64,000 bases of DNA from IMG/VR virus record IMGVR_UViG_3300010340_001122; one strand, written 5' to 3'. Shown here in pieces: positions 20,390 to 29,865 of this stretch. The notes below the pieces were generated by a model that was given only the letters and a program-made list of their open reading frames with translations, was not told the DNA's origin and did not search any database. A program made the translations under genes and the position numbers. This DNA is from a virus (Duplodnaviria; Caudoviricetes). Within the stretch, counting starts at the first letter, position 1. Every line of letters starts with the position of its first letter.

Positions 20390-21172
20390 TTAATCCTCTT
20401 CGTTTGTAAAATCTTGTTCAAAACTAATCATTAAGTGACTTGTTTCATCTTTTGTTAAAATGAATGTATCAAAAACATAAAATTCAATTTTATCAGAATT
20501 ATCATTTATAGATGGGAGAAATGTTTTATTAAACATTAAATGTCTGTCTGTTAAATCCACTTCATCTACTTGAAATTCCCAAGTGGATAATTCAGATAAA
20601 ACAACTTTTTTATCTTCAACATTTAAATGTATTACTTTACCATCTGAATTAATTGATGATAACTTCTTAATATCTTGAAATTCTGATTTATCAATTTTAA
20701 AAGACCATTTACTATTTTTAATATCAACTCTTTTTGATAGAACTCCTTTTGGAATATCTCTAATTTCAGAAGATTCGCCTCCTTGAAGGCCAATTTTTAA
20801 CTTACCATTTTTAATTTGTGTAAAACGAACTATTGAAGAATCATCATCATCATTTTCACGATAATCAATATTCATTACGATTTTATCAGATGATGTTTTA
20901 ATAAATCCAAGATTTTTAACAAATCTTTTAGCACCAGAAATGATCATATCGAGTGTATTTTCTAATTCATCTTTCATTTCAAAATAGTCTTTAGTATCTA
21001 TTAGATAACTTTTAAATGCTAAAAGTATTGTTTCTCCAACAATAGAATACATTAGAATATTTTCCGAATCTATTTTTAATTTAATTGTATCACTTATTTT
21101 AGATAAGTCCTCTAACTTTGTTAGAAAGTCCTCGAATTTATCACGATTTAATTGTATAGTGAGTTTTGACAT
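20390..21172 (-). CDS. Probable sliding clamp (gp45/PCNA-like)
   Basis: 260 aa, two-domain beta/alpha pattern, upstream of polB on the same strand. Confidence 0.55.
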   Translation of the reverse strand: MSKLTIQLNRDKFEDFLTKLEDLSKISDTIKLKIDSENILMYSIVGETILLAFKSYLIDTKDYFEMKDELENTLDMIISGAKRFVKNLGFIKTSSDKIVMNIDYRENDDDDSSIVRFTQIKNGKLKIGLQGGESSEIRDIPKGVLSKRVDIKNSKWSFKIDKSEFQDIKKLSSINSDGKVIHLNVEDKKVVLSELSTWEFQVDEVDLTDRHLMFNKTFLPSINDNSDKIEFYVFDTFILTKDETSHLMISFEQDFTNEED

Positions 21173-21228
21173 TTTAAATAATAGTTTTATATTATTAATA
21201 TATACAGAAAATTTAGTTTGTTTATTAA

Positions 21229-21582
21229 GTTTTAAAACTATTTGAAAAATTTAATGATGATTATGATGATGAACCATTATCAAGATCTGAAGAGATTTTT
21301 GGTAAAGATACTAGACTGGAAAAACAATTTTCAAAAATTGTTGTTTCAGGATTATCATCTGACTCTGAAGGTAGATATTGGTCAATATTTAATGCTTTAA
21401 AAATTGAGTTACAAGAGTTAATTGATAAAAAGGATCCTCTTTATAAGGAAATGATGCATAGAGTTGTTGAAGGAGAAGATCCAACAGAAGTAATTAGTGA
21501 TATTTTTAGTAAGGTTGGGAATAGTACAAGTGAATCTGAACGACTTTTAAATAAATTAAATAATTATAAAAAGAATAAATAA
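21229..21582 (+). pseudogene. 117-codon open frame lacking a start codon
   Basis: TAA then VLKLFEKFNDDYDDEPLSRSEEIFG...KKNK*; capsid-targeting-like start without ATG; TAATATATA at 21196-21204. Confidence 0.55.
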
Positions 21583-21584
21583 TA

Positions 21585-22073
21585 ATGAAATATTTAAAAA
21601 TATTTGAGAATTCAAGATACCCCTCTGATGATCAACTTGATGGTACCAAATTAAGATTTTGGAAAAATCGTTTTAATTTAAAAAGAAATAATATGAAATA
21701 TTTAAATAACTTTAAATCATTTGAGGGTAAATATAATAATATGGAAGTTAATGTTTATGGACTTAAATGTGACAATACTAATTGTGACTATGAAGACATG
21801 TCTATTCCATTTTCCGACTATGAAAAATCCGTTGGTAAAGAATGTCCTAAATGTGGAGAAAATTTATTAACTCAAAAAGATTATGATGAAATAATTAATA
21901 TGATAGATTCTGCTGAGATTCTAAATATGTTTTCTCCAGAAGAGTTAGAAAAGATAGCAGGAAATCTTTCACCAGAAGAGGTAGATAAAGTTCTTGATAC
22001 TATCAATCTACTAAAGATGAAACACAAAGGTAAGACTGATGATGGTCGTGATATATGGACTGTTGGTGATTAA
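21585..22073 (+). CDS. Zn-ribbon protein with two tandem capsid-targeting-like starts
   Basis: MKYLKIFEN... then internal MKYLNNFKSFE; CDNTNC...CPKC. Confidence 0.7.
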   Translation: MKYLKIFENSRYPSDDQLDGTKLRFWKNRFNLKRNNMKYLNNFKSFEGKYNNMEVNVYGLKCDNTNCDYEDMSIPFSDYEKSVGKECPKCGENLLTQKDYDEIINMIDSAEILNMFSPEELEKIAGNLSPEEVDKVLDTINLLKMKHKGKTDDGRDIWTVGD

Positions 22074-22786
22074 TCATCTAAAAGTTCATCTAGTCTTTGA
22101 CCTCTATTTGGCATTATATTAGGTGATGTTGCTAATACATATCCATCTGAAAATTCTAATACTTGTGAATTAATATTATTATTAACTTTTAAAAGCTTAT
22201 AAAGAATCAACTCCTCACTGAAGTCATATATTCTTTTATATGAAAAATAGTTTTCTGTGTTTTCCCTAATAAATTCTAAAGATTCTATAAAATAATCAGA
22301 TTTATCATGTTTCAATGAAACAATAGATCCTATTTTATTTTTTATACTACATATCTCATTTCCATTCTCATCGAATCCATAAAAATCCCCTATTATTTTT
22401 ATAACATCTTTAATGGTTTGTATGTAAAGAATGCAAGGAATTGCTGGTAATTGTGAAAAGTTATAAGTATATTTTACAAAATCAACATTATAGGATCTAT
22501 GTTCTTGGATATCTTCTATTTCTTTAAAATAATTTAAATTTTCTTGACTAATCGAGCATTTTATAACCTCATGTCCAAGTAGAGATGAAAAGAATTCTAT
22601 TTTAAATTCTTCTTTAAGAAATCGATGTACAAGTTTTTCAAATCTATCAATATTATTTTTTGATATAGAAAAAGAAAAACGATAATCGATTTTTCTATTA
22701 TATACCTCTTTTATTTCCAAATAATGCAAACCACCAGATATCTTCTTAGACCATTCCTCAATTTCTATTTTTGATAAAATTCTCAT
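22070..22786 (-). CDS. Hypothetical protein with RGQRLDELL tail
   Basis: 238-aa ORF, last gene of the NAD operon. Confidence 0.65.
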   Translation of the reverse strand: MRILSKIEIEEWSKKISGGLHYLEIKEVYNRKIDYRFSFSISKNNIDRFEKLVHRFLKEEFKIEFFSSLLGHEVIKCSISQENLNYFKEIEDIQEHRSYNVDFVKYTYNFSQLPAIPCILYIQTIKDVIKIIGDFYGFDENGNEICSIKNKIGSIVSLKHDKSDYFIESLEFIRENTENYFSYKRIYDFSEELILYKLLKVNNNINSQVLEFSDGYVLATSPNIMPNRGQRLDELLDD

Positions 22787-23469
22787 ACTAATTCCACAAC
22801 TTTAATAGGAACTTCCGCTCTTTCTCTAATTTCCTCAAATGTCCATTCTTTTAAAATTCGACCATTTTCAAAAATTTTTACTAAAATATCATCACTAAAC
22901 TCGTTACAATGTTCAACAGTTTCATATTCATCACTATTATTATATCTATCAATATGATGTAAAAGTTTTAATCTACCAGCTTTTGATTTTTTAAAAGACT
23001 GAACTCTCTCACCATATTCATTAATTTCAATTGGATTTTTCTGAACTTCTACTTCTTCACCATTGATAACAATTGATGAACATTTGATAGCAAATTTCTG
23101 AGTATCTCTATCAACTTTTTGTAAAAGAGCACCACCCATACCAAATGCAATATTCTCTACTGCGAATCCTTCTTCAACCATCATATCTAAAATATCAATA
23201 ATAGACTCATAATTAACGCCATCACCCTGAATTACTCTAACATGTGGATCAATAACTTTAAATCCTTTTTTATTAATTGTTCCTCCGAATTTTTCCCAAA
23301 GAATATGAAAGATTTGCTTTAATGTTTGAATTGGATCACCACTATCCGGACGAATTACAAGACGACCATCTCTATTTAGAATTTTATCTCTCAAAGTAGT
23401 GCCCCAATAATCTCTACAAGCACGGATAATATCAAATGAGTCTGATAGTAATAGAATATTAGGTTCCAT
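22783..23469 (-). pseudogene. nadV: Nicotinamide phosphoribosyltransferase, C-terminal half only
   Basis: SDSFD, VIRPDSGDP, VIQGDGV, FGMGGALLQKVDRDT, KKSKAGRL present; N-terminal half absent. Confidence 0.8.
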
Positions 23470-23470
23470 A

Positions 23471-24592
23471 TTATGAATTTATTTTGTCAAAGTAATTTTT
23501 GAATATCTCATGTGGCACTGATACAGATATTCTTGAGTATTGTGTATTTACTGTTCTGTTAAGTGAAAACTTAAGTAAAGGTACGGATGATATTCGATTA
23601 AATAAAAGAATATCAAAATTTATATTAATTATAGCGAATGGTCCGGTTGGAATCGATGGATATTCATCAAATAAGAATCCTCTATCTTTAAGATATTGAA
23701 TATTCTTCTTTATACTATCCTGTGTTTTTATTTTATAGTTCTCTAAAGCTGCATTACCATTATTTGTTGTAAGAAGTTTCGTTATTACTTGTTGTGGAAT
23801 TGTTGAAATAGAATTATACTTATATAAGGAACGAATTTTCATTGAATTATATAATTCTTGATTTTTTGTTGCAATATATCCAATTCTAAGTCCTGATAAT
23901 CCCATTGATTTAGAAAATGATGATATAACAATTACATTATCATAGAATAACTCATGAATTGGATTATCAATATCATTGAATAAATAATAATATGGTAAGT
24001 CTAGAATAACTGTAATATTATGTTCTTTTGAATGATCTAAAAACGCCTTTAAATCTTCAAAATTAGGTGACCATCCTGTAGGATTTGAAGGGTAACACAA
24101 CATTACAACTTCCGATTCTTTTTCAAATGGTAGGATGTTAAAGTAATTTGTAAATGGGTCACAAACTTTAAAATTTCTAATATTAAAATCATCAAATTCC
24201 TTAATTTTTTTATTATGAATTTTAAGAATTTTATTCCAAGAACCCCAATGATATTTAGGAACCCAAAAATTTTCTTCATCTAATGAATTTATAACCAAAT
24301 CAAGTGTTGCCATTCCACCAGGAACAGTCATTACATAATGATCCTTTAAATGAAATTTGTTTTTAATAACATCAATTAAAACCGAATCGCCATCATTACC
24401 ACCATATTGTTGAACAGATTTTTGATTATAGTCAAAATCTCTCATGAATGAATTTAAGTCGATCATATCGACATCCATAACACCTCGATGTAGTTTTAAA
24501 TATGTTTCACCAGTTGCCTTTTCTAACTGTGAAGTTCTTTCACCTATCTCTACGATTGATGAATATGTTACGGGTGAGTGATTTATTTTCAT
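23471..24592 (-). CDS. PLP-dependent class I/II aminotransferase
   Basis: PSNPTG, ILDLPY, SFSKSMGLSGLRIGY (PLP lysine), terminal RIS. Confidence 0.9.
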   Translation of the reverse strand: MKINHSPVTYSSIVEIGERTSQLEKATGETYLKLHRGVMDVDMIDLNSFMRDFDYNQKSVQQYGGNDGDSVLIDVIKNKFHLKDHYVMTVPGGMATLDLVINSLDEENFWVPKYHWGSWNKILKIHNKKIKEFDDFNIRNFKVCDPFTNYFNILPFEKESEVVMLCYPSNPTGWSPNFEDLKAFLDHSKEHNITVILDLPYYYLFNDIDNPIHELFYDNVIVISSFSKSMGLSGLRIGYIATKNQELYNSMKIRSLYKYNSISTIPQQVITKLLTTNNGNAALENYKIKTQDSIKKNIQYLKDRGFLFDEYPSIPTGPFAIININFDILLFNRISSVPLLKFSLNRTVNTQYSRISVSVPHEIFKNYFDKINS

Positions 24593-25515
24593 ATATTTTT
24601 TAAAAACATTTTTAATAGTGGTTTATGTTCATCAACGATTGGTCCAATTACATTATCATAAATATCAATCCAAGATTGTGATATTTCATGTATATCCCAC
24701 CATTTCAGTTCAGATACATCATCTGAGGGTTCGATAATACCACCGATATATTTGGTTTTGTAGAAATTACTAATAATTTTATCTTCCTCTCCACGATATC
24801 TCCAATCTGGAACTAGTGTGCTACCAATATATTTTAGTTCAGATATTTCTAAACCATTACCAGCATCTTGAGAAATTTTCCTTTTTGCAGTTGATTCAAA
24901 TGAATCATCGGTTGGATGAGCGAATCCGCCAATGAATCTCCAACCATTTTCATAAGGTTTTTTTGCTAAAAGAATCTTATCATCATCATTCATAATAGCG
25001 ACATCTACACAAGGATGTACTTTTGGATATTGATTATATGCATTATAAATAACACCTGCTCTAAAATCTGGTGAGTTTTTGACTGTTTCAGATACTATTT
25101 TTCTAACCTCTGTTCCTGATACAAATGTATATTGGTCTAATTCTCTACAATCGAATTGCCCTTTACCTCTTTTATAATATGGTATGAATGAATCTCTACC
25201 CCCATAAAGAACCACATCACCTATTGGATAAACCTCTCTGATTCTTCTATCTAATTCTGATGTCCATTTAACATCATCTCCAAAATCGGGAAGTGCAAGA
25301 ATAACTGAATCTGGATAGGATGCTTGAATCATCTTTTTCCTAGAATCAAAATCTAAAGGATTCTTTTTAGTACCAACTACTTTAGGTACTCCTAAAAATA
25401 TAATTGATTTTTTATGATTATTAACGACTTGATCGATGATATATCGATGAGCATCGTGTAGATCATGAACTTGGAATCTACCAACTACCGATCCTATTGA
25501 ATATTCTTTATCCAT
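24589..25515 (-). CDS. Bifunctional NMN adenylyltransferase / Nudix (NadM-Nudix, NatV-like)
   Basis: VGRFQ...HDAH, KNPLDF, SGTEVR; C-terminal Nudix fold with degenerate Nudix box. Confidence 0.9.
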   Translation of the reverse strand: MDKEYSIGSVVGRFQVHDLHDAHRYIIDQVVNNHKKSIIFLGVPKVVGTKKNPLDFDSRKKMIQASYPDSVILALPDFGDDVKWTSELDRRIREVYPIGDVVLYGGRDSFIPYYKRGKGQFDCRELDQYTFVSGTEVRKIVSETVKNSPDFRAGVIYNAYNQYPKVHPCVDVAIMNDDDKILLAKKPYENGWRFIGGFAHPTDDSFESTAKRKISQDAGNGLEISELKYIGSTLVPDWRYRGEEDKIISNFYKTKYIGGIIEPSDDVSELKWWDIHEISQSWIDIYDNVIGPIVDEHKPLLKMFLKNI

Positions 25516-25519
25516 AATA

Positions 25520-25527
25520 CAAATATA
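25520..25527 (-). promoter_or_regulatory. TAnnTTTG -7 element, probably driving a leaderless mRNA
   Basis: TATATTTG 4 nt before ATG 25515. Confidence 0.65.
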
Positions 25528-25535
25528 TAAAAACT

Positions 25536-25850
25536 TTACAACATATCTTGTAAAGTTTTTCTTAAATAATTTTCTATCTCTTTTGCTTTTCTTGGTGTTG
25601 TTTTAACATCTAATTGAAGTCTATAATTTTTTATAGTATCCTCATCAGCCTCATCAAGAATTATTATATTAACTTCTAGTTCGTTTATTACTTCAATTTT
25701 ATCCTTTAAAGAATCTTTTGTGAAAGTCATTGGACCATATTCTGTAGATACTTTTATAGTATCATCATCATCAAATGATATGACTCCATTTTTAGGAAGT
25801 ATAATTGTATTAATTATCTTTAAATCTTCTGTTAATTTATAATTACTCAT
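25536..25850 (-). CDS. Hypothetical protein
   Basis: 104-aa ORF. Confidence 0.6.
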   Translation of the reverse strand: MSNYKLTEDLKIINTIILPKNGVISFDDDDTIKVSTEYGPMTFTKDSLKDKIEVINELEVNIIILDEADEDTIKNYRLQLDVKTTPRKAKEIENYLRKTLQDML

Positions 25851-25894
25851 ATAATTTAATATATAGATAATATATTTAAAAATTAAGAAAGTTT

Positions 25895-26350
25895 ATGTTA
25901 ATAAAATATAATGATTTTATCATAGAAAAACAGGTTATTAATTTAATACTTGAAGGAACATTAGATGCATCTCCTGATTTTTTAAGTAGATTAAAATTAA
26001 TATCTACTAAAAATGAAATTGCTAAGTTATTATATGATAAATTTTATGATAGTAGTGATTATGAGTGGGAAGTTGAAAAGGATCTACCCCATAATTTTAT
26101 TGATATAACTGATAAGGATGATACGATATCATTTTTATCAGATGTTAAATCTAATAAGTTATCATATCCTGACACACAATACTCGGCGAAAGGTAGAGGT
26201 GAGATAAAAATTGGAAGATTTGTAAAATCATTCTTAACTGATAAAAAAATCCTAAATGATTTAGAAATTGATAAAAGTTTTTCTGATAAAGACTACGAAG
26301 AATTTGTAAATAAGGAATTAGAAAGATTAGAAATAAAATCATCTTCCTAA
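25895..26350 (+). pseudogene. Truncated paralog of the N-terminus of 12078..13937
   Basis: IDITDKDDTISF / RGEIKIGRF / EEFVN align with IDMTEKNDMLSF / RGEVKVGKF / EKFSN; ends abruptly overlapping the convergent gene. Confidence 0.55.
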
Positions 26351-26830
26351 ATAATTAAATAAATCTATTATATTTTTAATAGTGAATTGTAAGCTTTCTA
26401 AATTTTTATTAGTTTGTCTTAAATATTCAATATAATTTTCAATTAATTCAACATTTCTTTGTTCTTCAGCAACATGTGCTTCAATCAATAGTGACTTTTC
26501 ACCCATATTTGTTTTAACTCCAAAAGAAGTCGCATACCAAATAAATTTATCTTGTTTAATTCTTTTTAATTTAACATCTTGTTTAGAACGTCTATCTAAA
26601 AATGTGGAGATTTCTTCTGTTATTATTTGACGGTAGGTTAAACACAATGATTGTGTTTCCATTATTTTTTTAGAAGTGTGAGTAGTTATTTCAATTTTTA
26701 TTGTTTCGAACAGAGGTTCAATTTGTTTTTTCCAATTTTCTCTTTTCTCAGTAAAAAAAGTTTCTAATCTATCATTAGTTTCTTTTAATTTATTAATTCT
26801 ATCTACTTCTTCTGGTGTATATACATTCAT
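26339..26830 (-). CDS. UvsY-like recombination mediator (putative)
   Basis: 163-aa helical protein ending IEYL...LESLQFTIKNIIDL, like the UvsY C-terminus. Confidence 0.5.
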   Translation of the reverse strand: MNVYTPEEVDRINKLKETNDRLETFFTEKRENWKKQIEPLFETIKIEITTHTSKKIMETQSLCLTYRQIITEEISTFLDRRSKQDVKLKRIKQDKFIWYATSFGVKTNMGEKSLLIEAHVAEEQRNVELIENYIEYLRQTNKNLESLQFTIKNIIDLFNYLGR

Positions 26831-26891
26831 ACCTTATTATATGAAAAGTAATAAAAAAAGTTAAATATATACCTAAAAAATTATTAATATT

Positions 26892-27428
26892 ATGAGTGAT
26901 AAACCAACATTGGATAGAATAGAATTATTACATCCAGCAGTTAGACAAGAAGTTAAAGATATCTATTTAAATGAAATTGTACCTGCTTTAGCTGGAAAAG
27001 CAATATGCAGATTTGCATATACTTTAAGAACGTTTGCTGAGCAAGATGCACTTTATGCACAAGGTCGAACAAAATTATTTGACGCTAATGGAAAAAAATT
27101 AGGAGTTGTTACAAAAGCAAAAGGTGGTCAATCTATACACAATTTTGGATTGGCACTTGATATTGTCCTTTTAAAGGATACTAATGGTGATGGTACGTTT
27201 GAGTCTGCTTCTTGGGAAACAAATATAGATTTTGATAAAGATGGTAAAGCAGATTGGATGGAAATTGTAAATATTTTTAAAAAACATGGATGGGAATGGG
27301 GAGGAGATTGGAAATCATTTAAAGATCTTCCACACTTTGAAAAAACTTTTGGAAATACATGGAGAACATTATTACCAAAACATAATGCTAAACAATTTAT
27401 ACCTGGAACCACATATGTAAAGATCTAA
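26892..27428 (+). CDS. Endolysin, M15 L-alanyl-D-glutamate peptidase
   Basis: RTFAEQDALYAQGRT, SIHNFGLALD, WGGDWKSFKDLPHFE. Confidence 0.9.
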   Translation: MSDKPTLDRIELLHPAVRQEVKDIYLNEIVPALAGKAICRFAYTLRTFAEQDALYAQGRTKLFDANGKKLGVVTKAKGGQSIHNFGLALDIVLLKDTNGDGTFESASWETNIDFDKDGKADWMEIVNIFKKHGWEWGGDWKSFKDLPHFEKTFGNTWRTLLPKHNAKQFIPGTTYVKI

Positions 27429-27430
27429 AT

Positions 27431-27461
27431 AAAAAAACCACTCATTTTGAGTGGTTTTTTT
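27431..27461. terminator. Bidirectional intrinsic terminator
   Basis: aaaaaaaccactca-tt-ttgagtggtttttt. Confidence 0.85.
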
Positions 27462-28611
27462 ATTTTAAAATATTTACTACTTCTGGATACCAATGACATT
27501 TTGTATCATCTTTATCATCATAATTTATTTTATCCAAAACATATCTCATTGCATTTAATCTTCCTATTTTTTTATCATTAGAATTTATTATTACCCAAGG
27601 AGACATTCTTGTTGATGTTTTATTAAACATCTGATTTTTATATTTAGTTATTATATCCCATTTATCAACAACTTTTGCATCGTTTGGTGAAAATTTCCAA
27701 TATTTAAGAGGAGATTGTTTTCTTAATTCAAATCTTAATTGTTGTTTTTCTTTAGTTATAGAAAACCAAAATTTAATTAAAATTAATCCTTTTTTTATTA
27801 AAGATTCTTCCCAATTTCCAACATTTTCTATAAAATCCATATATTGATCCTCTGTACAATATCCCATAGCTGGCTCAACGACTCCTCTATTATACCAAGA
27901 TCTATCAAAGAAAACAATTTCTCCATTATTTGGTAGATGTTTTTCATATCTTCCAAACCAATTATTTTTCTCTTCTTCTGTTGGTACTCCAAGAGCAACA
28001 ACTCTGAAGTATTTAGGATTTAAATATTCAATAAATCTTTTAATAGTTGAACCTTTACCAGCTGAATCTCTTCCTTCAAAAACAATAGCAACTCTCTGAT
28101 TTGTTCTAATAACCCATTCTTGTAATTTCATCAATTCAACCTGAATATCATATTTCTCATCTTCATATTTTCTACGAGTTATTAATGAGTGTTCTCCTTC
28201 GACTTTATCAAAATGATCTTCTTCTTTAGAATCTTGAGATTCCTCTTCAAATCTATTTTCTAGAGAAGAATAATAATTTAAAAACTCTTCTTTAATTTTC
28301 TTTTTAGTATTTCTTTTTTTTAAATCTAAAATTTGATTGATTTTTCTTAAAAAAGACACAATATTGAATTGTTCTACAATATCCTTTCCTAAATCCGAGT
28401 TTAATTGTGATATAATTTGAGGTATATTAATATTTGTAAAATCTTTATATTCAATTTTATTAGTTTTAAGATTATATTCAATATTGTGTAATATTGAATA
28501 TTTATATTGATCTAAATTAGTAATGATATTTATTAATAATTTATTAAAACTACTATCACTCATTTTACTAATATTTAATTCTTCTTTTATATGTTTTATA
28601 TAGTGTAACAT
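27460..28611 (-). CDS. ppk2: Polyphosphate kinase 2 with about 140-aa N-terminal extension
   Basis: FEGRDSAGKG Walker A, FDRSWYNR, WKFSPND, PWVII. Confidence 0.92.
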   Translation of the reverse strand: MLHYIKHIKEELNISKMSDSSFNKLLINIITNLDQYKYSILHNIEYNLKTNKIEYKDFTNINIPQIISQLNSDLGKDIVEQFNIVSFLRKINQILDLKKRNTKKKIKEEFLNYYSSLENRFEEESQDSKEEDHFDKVEGEHSLITRRKYEDEKYDIQVELMKLQEWVIRTNQRVAIVFEGRDSAGKGSTIKRFIEYLNPKYFRVVALGVPTEEEKNNWFGRYEKHLPNNGEIVFFDRSWYNRGVVEPAMGYCTEDQYMDFIENVGNWEESLIKKGLILIKFWFSITKEKQQLRFELRKQSPLKYWKFSPNDAKVVDKWDIITKYKNQMFNKTSTRMSPWVIINSNDKKIGRLNAMRYVLDKINYDDKDDTKCHWYPEVVNILK

Positions 28612-28621
28612 ATATTATATA

Positions 28622-29527
28622 TTAAATTTTCTTATCAAAGATATATAAATCATAAAGAGAATTACCTTTTACTTTAGTAATACTTTTCAATACTTGACCA
28701 GTTGTGGAATCTAAAACTTTATAAACTCCTAGATTTTTACCTTTATCATCTAAAACTTTAACTGTATTTCCAGGTTCTCCCATTGCTCCTAATATTGCAA
28801 GATATATGTTTCCATATATACTCTTTAAAAAGGATATTCTTACATTTTCAACATTTTTTAAATTATTAATATATGAATTTTCAAGTGGTTTATTCAAATC
28901 TAGTTTAGAATCTGTAATTTTTACTCTAATAGTAACAAATTTTCTTTCATCTTGACTCAAAGTCACCTCTTCCCTGTTTTGAATTACATTTTGTTGAACA
29001 AGATTTTGTTGATTTCTTCTAATAGCATTAAAATCAGCTTTAGCTATTATACCACCTCTCATTCCTTTATCATTCATATTATAACCAACTGGAGCTAATC
29101 TATAAAATGATCCAGTAAATGTCATAGATAATATTCTATCCGCTCTAAATAATCTCCAAATTTTATCAATATGTCTATTTTTAGAAACTGACCAACCATT
29201 TAAATGCCAACCTCTTATTAATGTTTTTCCTTGTGAAGATCTACCAATGACCATTGGATATATAACTCTCTCATGACCCGCAAAATGTTTATCTTTCTCT
29301 CCTTTATAATTTATTAAGAAAATCATTCCATATTGAATAGCTTTAATCATAAGCTTTTCATCATATTTAATAGGTTCATTAATTGGAATATTTTGAAAAT
29401 CTTTTATATTTTTTAAAGAAAATCTAGGAATAAACTCTCTATCTTCTTTTAAATCATTATAAGCCTCTTTGATAACAAATTCAACAGGTTTTCTATTATA
29501 GAAGGATTTTGCTTGAGATAAATTCAT
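28622..29527 (-). CDS. WYL-domain-like protein
   Basis: INYKG...ERVIYPMVIG...LIRGWH...WRLFRADRI. Confidence 0.7.
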   Translation of the reverse strand: MNLSQAKSFYNRKPVEFVIKEAYNDLKEDREFIPRFSLKNIKDFQNIPINEPIKYDEKLMIKAIQYGMIFLINYKGEKDKHFAGHERVIYPMVIGRSSQGKTLIRGWHLNGWSVSKNRHIDKIWRLFRADRILSMTFTGSFYRLAPVGYNMNDKGMRGGIIAKADFNAIRRNQQNLVQQNVIQNREEVTLSQDERKFVTIRVKITDSKLDLNKPLENSYINNLKNVENVRISFLKSIYGNIYLAILGAMGEPGNTVKVLDDKGKNLGVYKVLDSTTGQVLKSITKVKGNSLYDLYIFDKKI

Positions 29528-29569
29528 TTACTTAATACTTTTCTTATATATTAAAACTTTTAAGTGCAT

Positions 29570-29598
29570 AAAAAACCCAGATATAATCTGGGTTTTTT
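29570..29598 (-). terminator. Intrinsic terminator
   Basis: aaaaaacccagat-ata-atctgggtttttt downstream of the lipoprotein gene. Confidence 0.8.
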
Positions 29599-29618
29599 AT
29601 TTTACATCAAATTTTAAA

Positions 29619-29786
29619 TTACTTTACAGTATCAACACAAGTTGTGTCACATTTTGTAGAATCAATGCATGTTGAATCTACTGAAACACTTGTTGAGTCT
29701 TTTTTAGTGGATTGTTCATCTTGAGAACTTCCACATGAAGACATTAAAATTGAAAAAAGGGTAACAGCTAAAATAGCTTTTCTCAT
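29619..29786 (-). CDS. Small lipoprotein (55 aa, not in ORF track)
   Basis: MRKAILAVTLFSILMSS-CGSSQDEQSTKKDSTSVSVDSTCIDSTKCDTTCVDTVK*; signal peptide plus lipobox; own terminator. Confidence 0.8.
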   Translation of the reverse strand: MRKAILAVTLFSILMSSCGSSQDEQSTKKDSTSVSVDSTCIDSTKCDTTCVDTVK

Positions 29787-29865
29787 AATCAAATTAATTT
29801 TTATTATATATCAGAATAAAATACCTTTGTTTTAAATAGTGAAAAAAATATTTAATATATAATCT

